Shown piece by piece: positions 9,814 to 24,700 of a DNA stretch of 64,000 nt (its first letter is position 1; the number at the start of each line of letters is the position of its first letter). The stretch is taken from assembly GCA_002104945.1 (NCBI GenBank), contig MCFH01000078.1, positions 1 through 64,000 of the forward strand, given 5' to 3'. Source of the stretch: Piromyces finnis finn (Eukaryota > Fungi > Neocallimastigomycota). Made by a program: the position numbers and the translations under genes. The notes under the pieces were generated by a model that was given only the letters and a program-made list of their open reading frames with translations, was not told the DNA's origin and did no database searches.

Positions 9814-11704
9814 CTAGATTAATTCGGCAATGTTCATTGGCATTTCTTCGATTTGAGTGTTGTAGAATTGTTCAATATCACGAAGCATTCTAACATCATC
9901 GTTGGTAACAAAGTTGATGGCAACACCCTTACGACCGAAACGACCACCACGACCAATTCTGTGAATGTAGTTTTCTCTGTTGGCTGGTAAATCGTAGTTG
10001 ATAACAAGAGAAATTTGTTGGACATCAATACCACGAGCAAGTAAATCAGTGGTAATTAAAACACGAGAAGAACCAGATCTGAATTCTCTCATAATAATTT
10101 CTCTTTCACCTTGAGTCATTTCACCGTGCATGGCAGAAACGGTGAATTCTCTGGATTGCATCTTTTCGGTAAGCCAGTCGACCTTTCTTCTGGTGTTACA
10201 GAAGATAATAGCTTGAGTGATAGTAACAGTTTCGTATAAATCACATAAAGTATCTAACTTCCATTCTTCCTTTTCAACAGAAACGTAGAATTGCTTAATA
10301 CCTTCTAAGGTTAATTCATCACGCTTAACTAAAATTCTGATTGGGTCACGCATGAAGTTCTTGGTAACTTCAAGAACATCTGGTGGCATAGTAGCAGAAA
10401 GTAAGACAACTTGGGTTTGTGGTGGTAAAAGTTGGAAAACTTCGTAAATTTGGTCCTTGAAACCACGAGATAACATTTCATCAGCTTCATCAAGAACGAA
10501 CATCTTAATTTGTTCAGTGTTAAGGGCACGACGGTTAATCATATCCCAAACACGACCTGGAGTACCGACGACAACGTGAACACCAGCTTCTAAGATCTTC
10601 ATGTCGTCACGGACATTGGTACCACCAATACAGGCGTGACACTTACAATCCATGTAATCACCAAGAGCTAAAACAACCTTTTGAATTTGTTGAGCTAATT
10701 CACGAGTTGGTGAAAGGACAAGAGCTTGACACTTGCGAATGCTAATATCAATGGATTGAAGGATAGAGATAGAGAAGGTAGCAGTCTTACCAGTACCAGA
10801 TTGGGCTTGAGCAATAACATCGTGACCCTTGATAACTGGAAGAATAGCACGTTGTTGAATAGCAGATGGCTTTTCAAAACTTTATAATCAAAAACATAAT
10901 CATAATAATATTAATATACCACTCTTTCAAAGAAAAAATTAAAAACTTTTAATAATTAAATATTTACCCGTAGGCGAAAACACCACGTAATAATTCTTCC
11001 TTAAGGTTCATGTCATCGAAGTTGTCGGTGACTTCATCCCAGTTAGACTATTGATAATAATAAAATAAAAATAATAAATATTATTAATATTTATTTTTAA
11101 ACTATAAACAATCCTTTTTATTTACAAATTAATTAAAACTTACTTCAATTTCACCTTCTGGAACATCACTGAATCCAGCTTCTCTTCTATATTATTTTTA
11201 TTAATAGATAATATATTTATTAATATAAATAATTTTATTTATAATTTTTTCAAAACATAATCATTTTATATTATTAAAAAAAAACTATAAATCAAATACT
11301 ATAGATATTCCTTGTTTTTTTTAACAATATTTATTTATTCTTCAAAGTTGTTTATAAAATATAAATTATTAATTGATTTTTTTTTAAATATATTATGTAT
11401 TTTAGATATAAAATCTCTGTTTACATATAATAAAAGGTTCATTGTTGTTAGTGTATGACTTTTATGTTGACATTGTTTCTTTTTTTAAATCGTTTATATA
11501 GCAACTATATATTTTATTTTATGGGTATTTGTATTTATATTGAAATATAATATTTTGATTTGATGCTTTGATTATTTATGGTAAAAGAATTTTGATTATG
11601 GGATTGATTTTTTTTTTTTCGATTTTATTTATTGGAATACTATAATACTGATTTACACTTTTTTTTTTTCATAAATATATGTCAGTTTACCTATTATCAG
11701 CCAT
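9814..11704 (-). CDS. TIF1: Translation initiation factor eIF4A (DEAD-box helicase), 400 aa; exons 11691-11704, 11144-11186, 10968-11047, 9814-10879
   Basis: GT-AG exons sum to 1203 nt. Protein MADNRREAG...[62 protein letters not shown]. Confidence 0.97.
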
Positions 11705-13332
11705 TGTAAATTATAGTAATTTAATTTATACTTTTAAAAAATAATATTATATATTTATTGATGTAATTTTTTTTTTCTAAAATGTATATTGTCTATTTTA
11801 GAAAAAAAAGAAAATTTTATAAGTTTATTATAAAATTAAAATTATATTTTTCTGTAAAAAACTTAAAAAAAGGTCTGTAAAATTTTTGACTTTTAAACCT
11901 TACCCCCTACGACAAAATTACAAAAATTCATACGTTGTTAGATTAATTGAAATCTAGCGAATTAGAAGGAATAATCATCAATAATACAAATGGAAGGGCG
12001 AAGTTTTTACAATACGATGATTCGCTAGAATTCCATTTTTAATAAAACATAATCCAATCACAGCACATACAGATTGTTTTTATATAAACATTGTACATTA
12101 TAATGTACAATAGATGTAGTTATGATTTTTTTACAAATTTATTGATAATATATGAATTTTAATATAATAAATAGAAATTGATTTAAATTAATCTATGAAT
12201 GATTTTAATACGTCCATAGAACTCAATATAAAAATGGATTGAAAAATTTTTAATAATTTATAATATATTAAATTTAATCTATGAATATGTATAAAATTAA
12301 ATTAAATCATATATTCCATTATACATTATTATTTTTTTAATTTAAAAAGATTGTTTTTTTTAAAATTTTTAATTTGGAAGGTGAGGAACGTTTAAACCAT
12401 ATATTATCAATCATTCTAACAATATATATTATTATATCGTATAATATATTATCCTCAATTTTCATCTGTATCGATAGTATATGAATCTAATAAGAAATAA
12501 ATCAAAATCAAATGTATTAATAAATATATTAAGAAAGGATGGATGTACATTTATATTGATGACTACTATTCCATCATAAATTAATTAGAGTTCCACATAT
12601 TAAATAAAGGTTAGGATGATGCTTCAATTAAGAATCAGAATTAAAAATTTAATGAATGAATTAATAATTTAATAAATAAAATTCTATAAATAAATCAATG
12701 TATAAATGATTAATGCATAAATAAATTTCAATAACAAATAAATGCATCGTTGATTATTTCATTTTAATTCTCCTTTTTTCAATTAATTTTTTTTTTAAAA
12801 AAAAGAGATTAAAATTTAATAAAGGAGGATTAGGACTTGACTTCTAGACCTTTTAGACTATTAAAATCCTTGTTTAATTTATGTTTTTTTCAGGAATTCT
12901 ATTTTTAATGTATAATCTATGGTTTTTCAGGAATTCTATTTTTTAATGTATCTTATAAACAATGACATGATGTATAAATTATGTTCCATGATATTATTAA
13001 AAAAAAATTCCTATTTTTATGGAATGAAATTTAAAAGGTATTTTTTTATGCCATTTCATAAATGTATTAAATCTATAAAATTTTGTGGCTTATATTAACA
13101 AAAATACGCTTTTGTAAACTAAAATAGACATGTAACAAGAAAAAGAATATTGTTGGTCATAAATTAAAAAAAACGTGTTTTATCCTAATAACTAAATTAT
13201 TAATTTAATTAATCTATATTAAAAGGATATTTAAAATTCTTTACACAACCACTGCTACTATATAAAAAAAGAAAAACAATAAGGATTATTTATTAATAGA
13301 TTATTTTTTATAAATGAATTTTAACAAAAGAA

Positions 13333-13590
13333 ATAATAACGTAAAGTAATAATAATGATAACATAGAATAATAGCAAGAATAACGTAGAGCAATAATAAT
13401 AATAATAACATAGAAGAATAGCAATAACATAGTATAATAATAATGATAGCATAGAATAACAATAGCATAGAGTAATAATAATGATAGCATAGAATAACAA
13501 TAGCATAGAGTAATAATAATGATAGCATAGAATAACAATAACATAGAGTAATTATAATAATAACATAGAAGAATAACATAAAGTAATAAT
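13333..13590. repeat. Minisatellite, about 38-bp unit (taataataatgatagcatagaataacaatagcatagag) with degenerate flanks
   Basis: Direct tandem copies visible; explains the hydrophobic pseudo-ORFs at 13301-13579. Confidence 0.85.
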
Positions 13591-14169
13591 AAAATATATA
13601 ATCATATATATTATACTAATTAATTAAAAAAAAAAGGAGAATGAAATATAAATGTATATCTATTATCTTCTATACTCAATTTCTATTGATATGAAAAGGT
13701 CAATGACATAATGTTTATTTGAATAAAAACAACCTTTAGTTGCTATTATAAACTATTTAACTTAACACTACTAAATCATAAACATTGTTAATAAAATAGC
13801 CTTATTGATCATGTAGAAGAAAATAAAAAAAGTTTTCTAAAACTTTTTTTAATAGATTTAACAAATATCGGACAATATTCATTAAACTTTAAAGTATATC
13901 TATTTTTAAAAAACATCTTTTTTATTTTATTATATAACTATTACTGTTTTTTGAGAGGATCTAAACTCAAGGGAGATTTATTATTGACTTATGTCTACCT
14001 GACTTTTATCTATATATATATAATGGGGTTTAAAAGGCTTTTTTTTTTTTTTTAAAAAAAAGTTTTATTTTACACTAATGTATTTAAAAGAAATAAAGAT
14101 TTTATTGAAAACATGTGTATATCATATAAAAAATCTTATCATTTTATGCTTTATAGACATATAATTATA

Positions 14170-14690
14170 TTAATATTTTATCTTGATCACCAAGAGGAAA
14201 TAGCCTAAAGCATAAAGTAATGCAAAAACAATCATATGACCATAATTGGAATAATAATAAAAGTAATGACGGCATAAATAAAATTAAGATTAATAAAAGT
14301 ACCCTTGATCATTTTTCCTGCATATTTTTTGTATTAAAGTTATGTATAATAATGCTAAAAAAGCAAAGCCAGTTATACCAGAATCAATCATGGCGGATGT
14401 ACCAGATTTACTTCTTTTATAAAAATTACTTGAACTATTGAAATTATTTCCACCATAATAATTACTATTATTATTGTTGTATCCGGAACCGTCACCATCT
14501 AAAACATTATCTGTATCTCTATTAATTATTGAAACACCAGAGATAACAATTGTAATAACCACAGTTAAAATATAAAGAATAGTAGCCCAAACATCTTTAT
14601 ATTGTGGTTTTTCATTTCATTGGATTTTTTTTTTTTTTTTTTGTAGCCATTGCCTTTTTCATTAGGACAGAGCTATTAATATTATTTATT
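14170..14690 (-). pseudogene. Frameshifted fragment of a PNS1 / choline-transporter-like (CTL) membrane protein gene
   Basis: Joining frames gives EKPQ(Y)KDVWATILYILTVVITIVISGVSI...GITGFAFLALLYITLIQK/YAGKMIKGTFI...GHMIVFALLYALGYF, resembling the N-terminal TM segments of fungal PNS1. Several frameshifts and stops; no downstream continuation found. Confidence 0.55.
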
Positions 14691-15274
14691 TTACTGATGG
14701 TAATAACATTAATGTTTTTGTAATGTAGTGTAAATTTAAATACATGAATAAAAAAAGAAAGAATAGTTGTATCCAATTTTCAAAGAGAATTTTTAATATT
14801 TAACTATTACTATTATTATAATAAAAATTTATTGTTTTGTCAGCTACCATCAAATTCTACAGATAGTCATACTAAATAATTTTATTTATATTATGTACGT
14901 AGTTTTTTTTAAATAAAAAAGAAAATATTTCATCATCTATATGTATATTTATATAGTAATTTTTTTTAGGATAATTTTAAGTTTATAAACAAAAGGGCAT
15001 TAGTATAGAATAAATAAATTTTTTTTATAGGTTCGGTTCATAGAACAAAGATTAGGTATAGAGAGAGGAGAGAAACCATTTTTAAACAATATTTTTGTAT
15101 AGGGAAATAATTTGAATAGTACATATAATATAAATGAAGCCAAATATAATACCTAATGACAATTAATACTAATGAATAATAACATAGAATAGTATAAAGT
15201 TTTGTACTGTAGTAGTAATAACATAGATAGTAGTAAAAACATAGAGTAATATTAAATATAATAATAATAGTGAT

Positions 15275-15510
15275 ACTATTACATAATTACTATTACCATT
15301 ACATAATTACATACTATTACCATTACATAATCATAATTACATACTATTACTATTATATAACATACTATTACCATTACATAATTACATACTATTACTATTA
15401 TATAACATACTATTACCATTACATAATTACATACTATTACTATTACATAATTACATACTATTACTATTACATAATTACATACTATTACCATTACCATACT
15501 ACTACCAACC
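15275..15510. repeat. Minisatellite, about 24-bp unit (acataattacatactattactatt)
   Basis: Tandem copies visible; source of the YYYHYIIT pseudo-ORFs. Confidence 0.85.
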
Positions 15511-16943
15511 ACCATCAATAATATTAATATTATCTAATAAGAAATGAATATTCATCATTATTACTGTATCCTTATCATCAACATCATAAATAATTTTCAT
15601 TATTTAATTTTATCTTCATTATCATATAAATTAGAATTTAATAATAAAAAATTTTTTTTCTTTTTATTCATAATAAAAGAGATGTCAATAATAAAATTTA
15701 CTATAAAGAGATCAAAGTTTTTTTTTTTTTTGATTTTATAGATAGAATGTATTACATCAATTTTATACTATAATATAATTAAGAAAGTAAAAAAAAAAAA
15801 AAACTGTCTATATATTTATTTATTCTTTATTAAGAAAACAAATTAAAGTAGAAAAGGTTTTATATATTAATTTTCAAGTTTCTTTTTATTGAAGGTATTA
15901 AATAATAGTATTCTTATTAAATATTAAAAAAAAAAAAAAAAAAAAAGATAGATAAAGGGATTATTATATTTTTAAAGAATATATTAAAACATATTATCAT
16001 CCTTCCTTCACATTTTTTTATTTTTTGTTTGCTATTATAGTTTTTTCTAAGGGCGTTATGGTAGTGATGGATAAAGTTTATGAACTAATTTATTTTCATT
16101 TTTTTTATCTGTAATTATTTCATCTTTAATAACTATAAAAACCTATTTTATACTTTGTAGTTTATCCATAATATTGTCTATGAAAAAAGTTAGGTACTGA
16201 GAAAAACTATTTATCCTATATAACTAAAATATCTAGATAATTAAAGACAGAAGGTCCTAACAGATAGTAATTATAGTGTATCATTCATTCATTCATATGT
16301 ATATGTAAAAACTATTGACTTTTACTACAATTATCAAAGTTTTTTTTTTATGAATAAAAATTAAATAAAAAAAAAAAAAACCAAGAATAATATTCTATTT
16401 TTATTTTTATTCATATTCCAATTTAATTTACTTTATTATTCATTATAAATGAAAAAGTTTTTTTTTATTAATAATTAATAGTAATGGGCTTTGAAATCTT
16501 TTATAATAATGAATAATTGAAGAGCTTTACTGTAATTCTTTTATATTAATAATACTGTAATATGGTATTATATGATATTATATGGTATTATACGTATAAT
16601 ATAATATTATTATAATATTGTATGATATTATACAATTATACAATATTATCAATATAATAGTATTCTTTCCTATTTATTATTCATTATTACTTTGTATTAT
16701 TACCGCCGTATTACCTTGTTAATTACTATTTAAAGTATTTATTAAATGTGTTAATATTATTGAAAATGTGATTTAAAAATTTTAATATAACTTTATATTA
16801 AAATGATACATTTTTTTTTTTAAAAAAAAAGCCAAAATTTTTAATTTAACCTAAACCATTTTATAGTATGGGATTGAAAAAAAAAGTAAAAGAAGAAAAA
16901 ATACGTTTAAATATCAAATTTATCTTTATTATTTAATACTACT

Positions 16944-17787
16944 TTGACTATTACTATTACTATTACTATTACTATTACTATTACTTTGACTATTACTATT
17001 ACTATTACTATTACTATTACTATTACTATTACTATTACTATTACTATTACTATTACTATTACTATTACTATTACTATTACTATTACTATTACTATTACTA
17101 TTACTATTACTATTACTATTACTTTGACTATTACTATTACTTTGACTATTACTATTACTATTACTATTACTATTACTATTACTATTACTATTACTATTAC
17201 TATTACTATTACTATTACTATTACTATTACTTTGACTATTACTATTACTTTGACTATTACTATTACTTTGACTATTACTATTACTTTACTATTACTATTA
17301 CTATTACTATTACTATTACTATTACTATTACTATTACTATTACTATTACTATTACTATTACTATTACTATTACTATTACTATTACTTTGACTATTACTAT
17401 TACTTTGACTATTACTATTACTTTGACTATTACTATTACTATTACTATTACTATTACTATTACTATTACTATTACTATTACTATTACTATTACTATTACT
17501 ATTACTATTACTATTACTATTACTATTACTATTACTATTACTATTACTATTACTATTACTTTGACTATTACTTTGACTATTACTATTACTTTGACTATTA
17601 CTATTACTTTGACTATTACTATTACTATTACTATTACTATTACTATTACTATTACTATTACTTTGACTATTACTATTACTATTACTATTACTATTACTAT
17701 TACTATTACTATTACTATTACTATTACTATTACTATTACTATTACTATTACTATTACTATTACTATTACTTTGACTATTACCGATTA
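16944..17787. repeat. About 840-bp hexamer microsatellite (TATTAC)n with interspersed TTTGAC variant units
   Basis: Directly visible; one 1-bp register shift near 17288. Confidence 0.97.
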
Positions 17788-20700
17788 CAACTATAATTTA
17801 ATTTTATCAATTATTATTATATAGTAATAAAAGACTGCATAAATTTAAATAAAACTATTCGACTTTTTTTCTATTATTTTCCATAAAAAATAAAAGACTT
17901 TTTTTTTTTTTATTTTAAAAGCTTAAAAAGTTTATTGAGTTTTATGAAATAACAATAGCAATATAACAATAACAAAATGATTAAAAGTCAAATTTAAAGT
18001 ACAGCATCATTGAATCGATGTTTTAACTCTAAAAACAACTAAACCTTAAGAACAATAATAACAACAACAAGTCTAAAATAAATAAGATTTTACTTTAATA
18101 TTTTAAATTTATAAAGTAGTTGTAAAGTATAAATGAATAATTAAAAAAAAAAAAAAACAAATTCCCTTCAAACAATATTTTTTTTTTAAAAAAAAAGGAT
18201 TCTTTCATTTCTTTTTTTTAAAAGTAAATCCATAAAAAGCATTTTATTGCATTTCATAAAAAAAAAAGATTTTTTTTAAAGTTTCTATTATTTTAAAAGT
18301 CAATTTTTTTTTTAAATTGAGTTTAAGAATAAATAACTTTAAGAAACTGTTAGCTTTTAAGCTTTTTAAAATTTGATGTGAACAAAATTTCAAAATTTCA
18401 AAAATAATAATTAAAAATAAAAAAGAATAAAATATAAAAATGTTTTTTTTTATAGTTTTAGTTGAATAATAAAAAAGCACCTCTTTCTCTTTTCCTTTTC
18501 ATCTCTTTTTACGAAGAAATCAAGAAGATGAAAAAAAAAAGAAAAAGTCAACATTTTCTGGGCACGTTTTCTGGGAACATTTACATTTCTTTATGGCCTG
18601 ATTTTTTAGGTGTTTTTTTTTTAATTTCAATTTCAATTTTCATTTATCTTTTTTTACACAAAAAAATCAAATTAAAATTTACAAGAGTCAATTGTAATAT
18701 ATGTACAACATATATAACCTTAAAAACTTTATTTATTATCATGAACTCAAAATGTAATTTTATTGCTTATGAAAATTTGGGTCATTTCTTGATTAAAAAC
18801 TATATTTATTAAACTTTTAATATATTTATATACTTTTATTTTATATTGAATCCATATATTATCAATAAAATACAAATTAAATTAAATTGATTGTAGGACA
18901 AATTAATTTTTTTATCAAAATTAATAAATTAGAAAATGCCAAATTTGGCATGAACTTCCCCCTTTTTTTTTAGTTTTTCTGGTGACGAGCACCAACAAAA
19001 ATTTAAAAAATAGAACAAATCATGAGTAGATGTAACAAGCATCTTTTTTTTTTTTTTTTTTCTTTCTTTCTTTCTTTCTTGTCCATTTGTTCAAGAAGGT
19101 AGTGAAGTAAAAAAAAAAAAAAATAGAAAAAAACAATGGTTTTGTTTTTTTTCTACTTTTCTGGTTGGTATTTTAAAGTATTTTTTATCGTTTTTATTGG
19201 TGTGTTTTAATTGATCCTTTAGGTTAGTCAAAGACCAACAACATTTTATTAATTTTTTTATTAATTTAATCTGATTATCCTTTTTTTTTTTTTCTTTATT
19301 AAAGAGTATTTTGTAAATGAAATAGGAAATTATGATTTTCATAAATATTAAAAGCATACTTGTTGACCATGCTCCATTTCATTCAAAGACTACATTTGAC
19401 TATGCTCCATTTTCTTCTTCTTCTTCTTCCTCCCATAGAAATAAATAGTGACGTTTAAAATTTTTAAACTTTTCTCGGTCTGTTTTTTTTTCTTGTGCTT
19501 TAAATTTTTAGGTAACATTTTATTTAAATAATAATATATGTTATATATATTACAATAAATTGAAAATACTATTTTATAATATATTATCAATAAATTCAAT
19601 TGAAATTTTTTAAATTTTAATTTAAAAAGGTAGATTAGAATGGATAAAATAAAAAAGCAAGAAATTTATATTTAATTTTATGGATAATAAATTTTAATAT
19701 ATATCATATTATATTAAATTAAATCAATTCATATATTTTAAATTAATTAAATAATATATTAAATTTAATAAAAATGGATGGAAGGCTTTATGAAAAAAGA
19801 AGCACCAGAAATAGCCAAAAGAAAAAAAAATTAGGCCAAAAACAAAGCAGTGATAAAATAAAAAAAAGTTTTAAAAAATAATAAATCAATTAAAAAGATA
19901 TCAAAAGATAAAAATAAAAGAGATTTTTTTGTTTACTTCATTATTAACAACATTACTGCTATTGTTTAATGGAGTGCTTTGCAGGTGCTTTTTTTTTTTT
20001 TTTTACCTAAAAAAAGTTGAACTATTTTTCAATCCAAAAGAAAAAAAAATTGAAAATTTTAAATTTGTATTCGTTTATTTTTTTTATATTAAAAAATAGT
20101 TCATATTTAAATTTTGAGATATAAAAAAAAATTAAAAAAAAATTTTTGAAATTTTTTATTTCTTTTTGTAGAATAACAGTAAAAGTAAAAGTAAAAAAAT
20201 TGAATCGATTTTTATTTGAAAAAAAAAGTGTAGAAAGAAAGAAAACAAATTTATTATTTATTTATTATGAATAACTATTAAAAAAACTATTTATGATTGA
20301 TTTTGTTTATTAGCAAATCATAAAAAAAAAGTTTAAAAGTCTTTTTATTTTTTCATTCGTTGAAAAGTATCTTTTATTCATTAGTATCCTTACTACCTAC
20401 CTACCTACCTACCTACCTATTTAAGTTAATATTTATTTAAATACAAAATATTGAATTTAATCTCTTTTTTTTTTTTTATTTATTTAGTAAATTGTATAAT
20501 ACTACATTTACTAGACACTTTTTTTTTAAACCTACAACAAAACTATCCTAATTTTTTTATTTAAAAAAAAGAAAAAGAATAATATATGTTATTACATATT
20601 TTCTAATACTTTTTAGTTTTGTATTAAATTTTGTTTTTATTTTTTTTTATTTTACTTTTTCTATTCTTTCATATAAAAATAAAAAAAATAGTATCCTATT

Positions 20701-21728
20701 TTATATATACTATATATTATTATATATTATATATTATTAGTGAAAGAAAGGAAAGGAAAAAAAAATTGATTAATACTAAATACCTTTTTTTTTTTTTTTC
20801 TTGAATTGAATCTTTAAATATAATAGTAATATAATTTATAGATTATTTTATCTTTATATTTTGATATAACCATAAATAATATAAAAAAAAAATATAATTA
20901 ATAATCAAGTTAAAAAAGGAAAGAAGAAGAAGAAAAAAAATTGAGTAATACCAATATTCAAGTCAAAATATTTAGTTAAACTACACAAGAATTAATTAAA
21001 TATAGAAACAACAACTGTAATAAGAATAAATAAGCAAATAAATAAATAAACTTTTCACCAAATATAAAAAAGAGTAAAAAAAAATAATAATAATTTTTAG
21101 TGATTCCCGCCGTAAGATTAAAAAAAAAAAAAGAATCATTTTATGAAATGTTTTAAAATTTGTACAATAGCCAACTATAGTATATATACATATATATAAA
21201 TATAAAAATAGTGTAATATAACAAAAAGAACATCTATTATTAAAAAAAATAATAAAAGGAAAGAAAATCTTTATATTCATAAGAAAAAGAAAACCGTCAA
21301 CGTTTATTTATCTTTTATATAAATACAACTTCAATTCAAGCGTATTATCATTTGTACATTTCATAGCACATTACATTATTATTCATTCACTCATTTATCA
21401 ATATAACAGAGTTATACTGAAAAATGAATAGTTGAAAAAAAAAAAAAAAAGTTGTATCAAATAAAAAAGATATTAATAATAAATAAAATCATATATTTAT
21501 TCATCACTAATTTAAATTAAACTAAAATTTAAAATAATATTAGTAAACGTAGAAAAGAATTATTTTATTATACCCTTTCTTAGCTAATATTTCATGTATA
21601 TAAATATTTAACCTTCAGCAACTCTTTTTACAATAAAATTATAAACTCAGCTTTATATTTAAAACTATTAATAGTTCAACCTAGTTTTTTTTTTATTTTT
21701 TTCTTTTACATACAATCAAAAAAAGAAA

Positions 21729-24700
21729 ATGTCGTTAAAATCAGAAATATCTGACTTGAGTTCAACAAATTCTGTATTAAATATAGCTAAAGCAGAAATA
21801 ATGAATACAAGTATAATTTTAAATCCAGAACCAATAGAATATTGCTTAACAAAATTTAATTTTGAAGCATCTAAAAACGATGAACTTTCTTTTAAAGCAA
21901 ATCAATATATACGTTTAACAAAAAAAGTAGATGGTGGTTGGTGGGAAGGAAAACTTGATGAAAGAGTATGTATACCATTTAAAATGTTTATTTTTTTATA
22001 TAAAAAAAAATTATTAAAAATTAAAATGTGTAATTAGTTGTCCAACTTGATAGACCAATACTTATTTTTTTTTAACCTATCCTATAAATAATTCTTTTTT
22101 TTTATTGCTAATTTTTATTACACTATACAATTTACTAAAGATTGGATGGTTTCCTTCAGATTTTGTAACAACAGAAATCGAGCCACAAAAACAACAGGAA
22201 TTAGCAAAAAATGATAAAGTATTAAGTACAGAAGAAATGTCAGTATTGAAATATAAGAATATCGTTTTTAATCGTTCACAACTTAAACTATCGGATTTAG
22301 ATGATGGCGGAATTGAAATTTCAGAATCAGAATTTGTACGAAATGAAATCACAAAAGATTTAATTCACTCAGAAGAAGCTTTCATAGAGGATATTAAAGT
22401 TTTCACAAATGTAGGTATCTTGTATAAATAATATAAATATGAAATTATAATTTGAATGATATTATGATTTTTTTTTTTTTTTTTTTGAAAAAGGTTTATT
22501 AAATGGCATTTAAAAGTAAATGCCATAAGATTATTCATTACTATTTTCAAAAGTTTTTAATTTTCTTTCCTTTCTTTTCAACACAATTTTTTTTATAGAG
22601 TTTTTTTTTTTTATCTTTTCAACACAATTTTTTTTATAGAGGTTTTTTTTTTATCTTTTCAACACAATTTTTTTTATAGAGTTTTTTTTTTATCTTTTCA
22701 ACACAATTTTTTTATAGAGTTTTTTTTATCCTTTCTTTTCAACACAATTTTTTTTATTAATTTTTTTTATCCTTTCTTTTCAACACAATTTTTTTTATAG
22801 AGTTTTTTTTTTATCTTTTCAACATATTAATTTTTTTTTTTTTTTTTTTTTTACCTTGTTCCATTCTTTTATTATAATAGCAATTTATAAAACCAATGGA
22901 AAATGAAACATGGATATCGTATGCTGATCGTAATGATATGTTTGGAAGATTTCCATGGCTTTCAAATTTACATATATGCTTAACATCTGAACTTAAATCA
23001 GCATTGAATCAACCTGAAGAAAAAAATCTTGGAAATTGCTTTAGTTGTGTGGTTCGTAATAAAAGGAATAAAATATTCATTAAAAAAATTATACAAACTA
23101 CTCAATATACATAATATGTATGGATTAATAACCTTCCTTTATTTTTTTTTTATAAAATTTTTTAAATGATATTAGATTCAAAATTTTGAAATTGTATATA
23201 GTGATTATTTTTCATCTTTTCCAAGAGCGATATATGTTGCTAGTCAATATAATTCAAATAATAAAATGACTACATTTTTAGTGGTAAATTTTAAAGGATG
23301 GAATAAATTGTTGTCGTTACAAAAAAGGAAAAAAAATATTAAAAAAAATTTTTTTTATTATTTCTATTTAGAATGCTGGATGTCAATCTTTACCTCCAAT
23401 TTTACATATATTATCATTTCTTCATAAACCAATTCAAAGAATAGCAAAATATTCTCCTATATTATCGGTATGTATTCATAATATAAATTCATAGTAGATA
23501 GTAGGAAGAGTGATGAATATTAATGTATTCATTGAATAATTCATTTCCTAGGAATTACTTCATTTTACTAAACCGGAAGATCCAGGTTTTAATGAATTGG
23601 TAGATATGGTGACAAAATTTAAACAACTTGAAACCTATTTAAAAACCCTTAAAAATAATGCTGAAAAACAAGAAAGATTAAAGAATTTATATAATTCTAT
23701 TGAAGATTGGGTGGTAAGTTACAAATATATATATATAATCTTCATCGTTATTGGTGGTGATTGCAATCATTAACCCATTGCAATTATTATACCTTTAAGT
23801 GTGCCTTTTAAATATTTCTGTAGCAGTTATTTATTATAAATATTTATTATTATTTATTTGCTTACTTATTAGGGTCCTGGAATAGAAAATTATGGTGAGC
23901 TTTTGCTAGAATCAAAAGTTCATTTATTAGATCCAACTTCTTCAAGTACAACACCAAAGTCTCATTTTATTTATTTATTGGAAAAATTATTTGTTGTATT
24001 AAAGCCAATTTCAAAGGCAGATAATACCAAATATAATTTAGTAGTTTCAGTTCCTGTTTGGAAGGGTACATTAAATATTATCAACGATATTAATGATTTA
24101 AATACATTCCAAGTTATCTTTTTACCATCCGAACAATCCAATAAATTAAAATCTTTAGTTATTACAGTTGCTAAACCAGAAATAAAAAAACAGGTAATAA
24201 TAAAATCTAATTTTAAATAGGATTCAGTGGTTGGTGTACTAATTTTTTTTTTTTTTTTTTAATTCATTGAATATTTTTAAATGATTTTTAGTGGGTTGAC
24301 ACCGTTAAAAGACAACTTGAAAAAAGTAATGATACAAACAATTCTTTTATAGATAACGTTTAATAATCAATTAATTTTAGGACTAATAATTAAATATATT
24401 CTTTATTATTAGATGTTCGTTTAACACTTCCTTCTCTTCCAAAGGAAATACAGGATGATTTATCTTCCAATGATACTAATCAATCCAAGAAAAAATGGAA
24501 AAAGTTGGTTCCAAAATTTGCTAGAACAAAGGGTAAAAATGAAACTACTTTACCTCCTTACACATCATCCAATTTACTTTTGAAAACCTCTGAAGGTGGT
24601 ACTCTAATATCGTCAGAATTATCTAATCTTGAACATAAAATTATCACTGAAGAAAAAAGAAAACAAGGAAAACTTTTAAAGATAAAATATGAAGAAGAGG

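Noticed and set aside
9834-10877. Alternate-frame ORFs within eIF4A
   Set aside because: Shadows caused by biased codon usage; the 10695-10877 region is part of the spliced eIF4A exon in another frame.
12815-12950. KGGLGL-like word and a short direct repeat suggesting another LINE relic
   Set aside because: Only six residues followed by a stop, with no further alignment.
16944-17787. Telomere or CRISPR interpretation of the repeats
   Set aside because: Internal position, no G-rich telomeric strand and no unique spacers; the DNA is eukaryotic.
13301-17824. Hydrophobic ORFs (LLLFYA.., YYYHYIIT.., TITITI..)
   Set aside because: Translations of satellites, with non-ATG starts and no coding signature.
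18244-21280. Numerous 60-120 aa F/I/K-rich ORFs here and at 28256-33131, 35868-37272, 43631-44915, 54289-55014
   Set aside because: Expected by chance in poly(A)/poly(T)-rich intergenic DNA.
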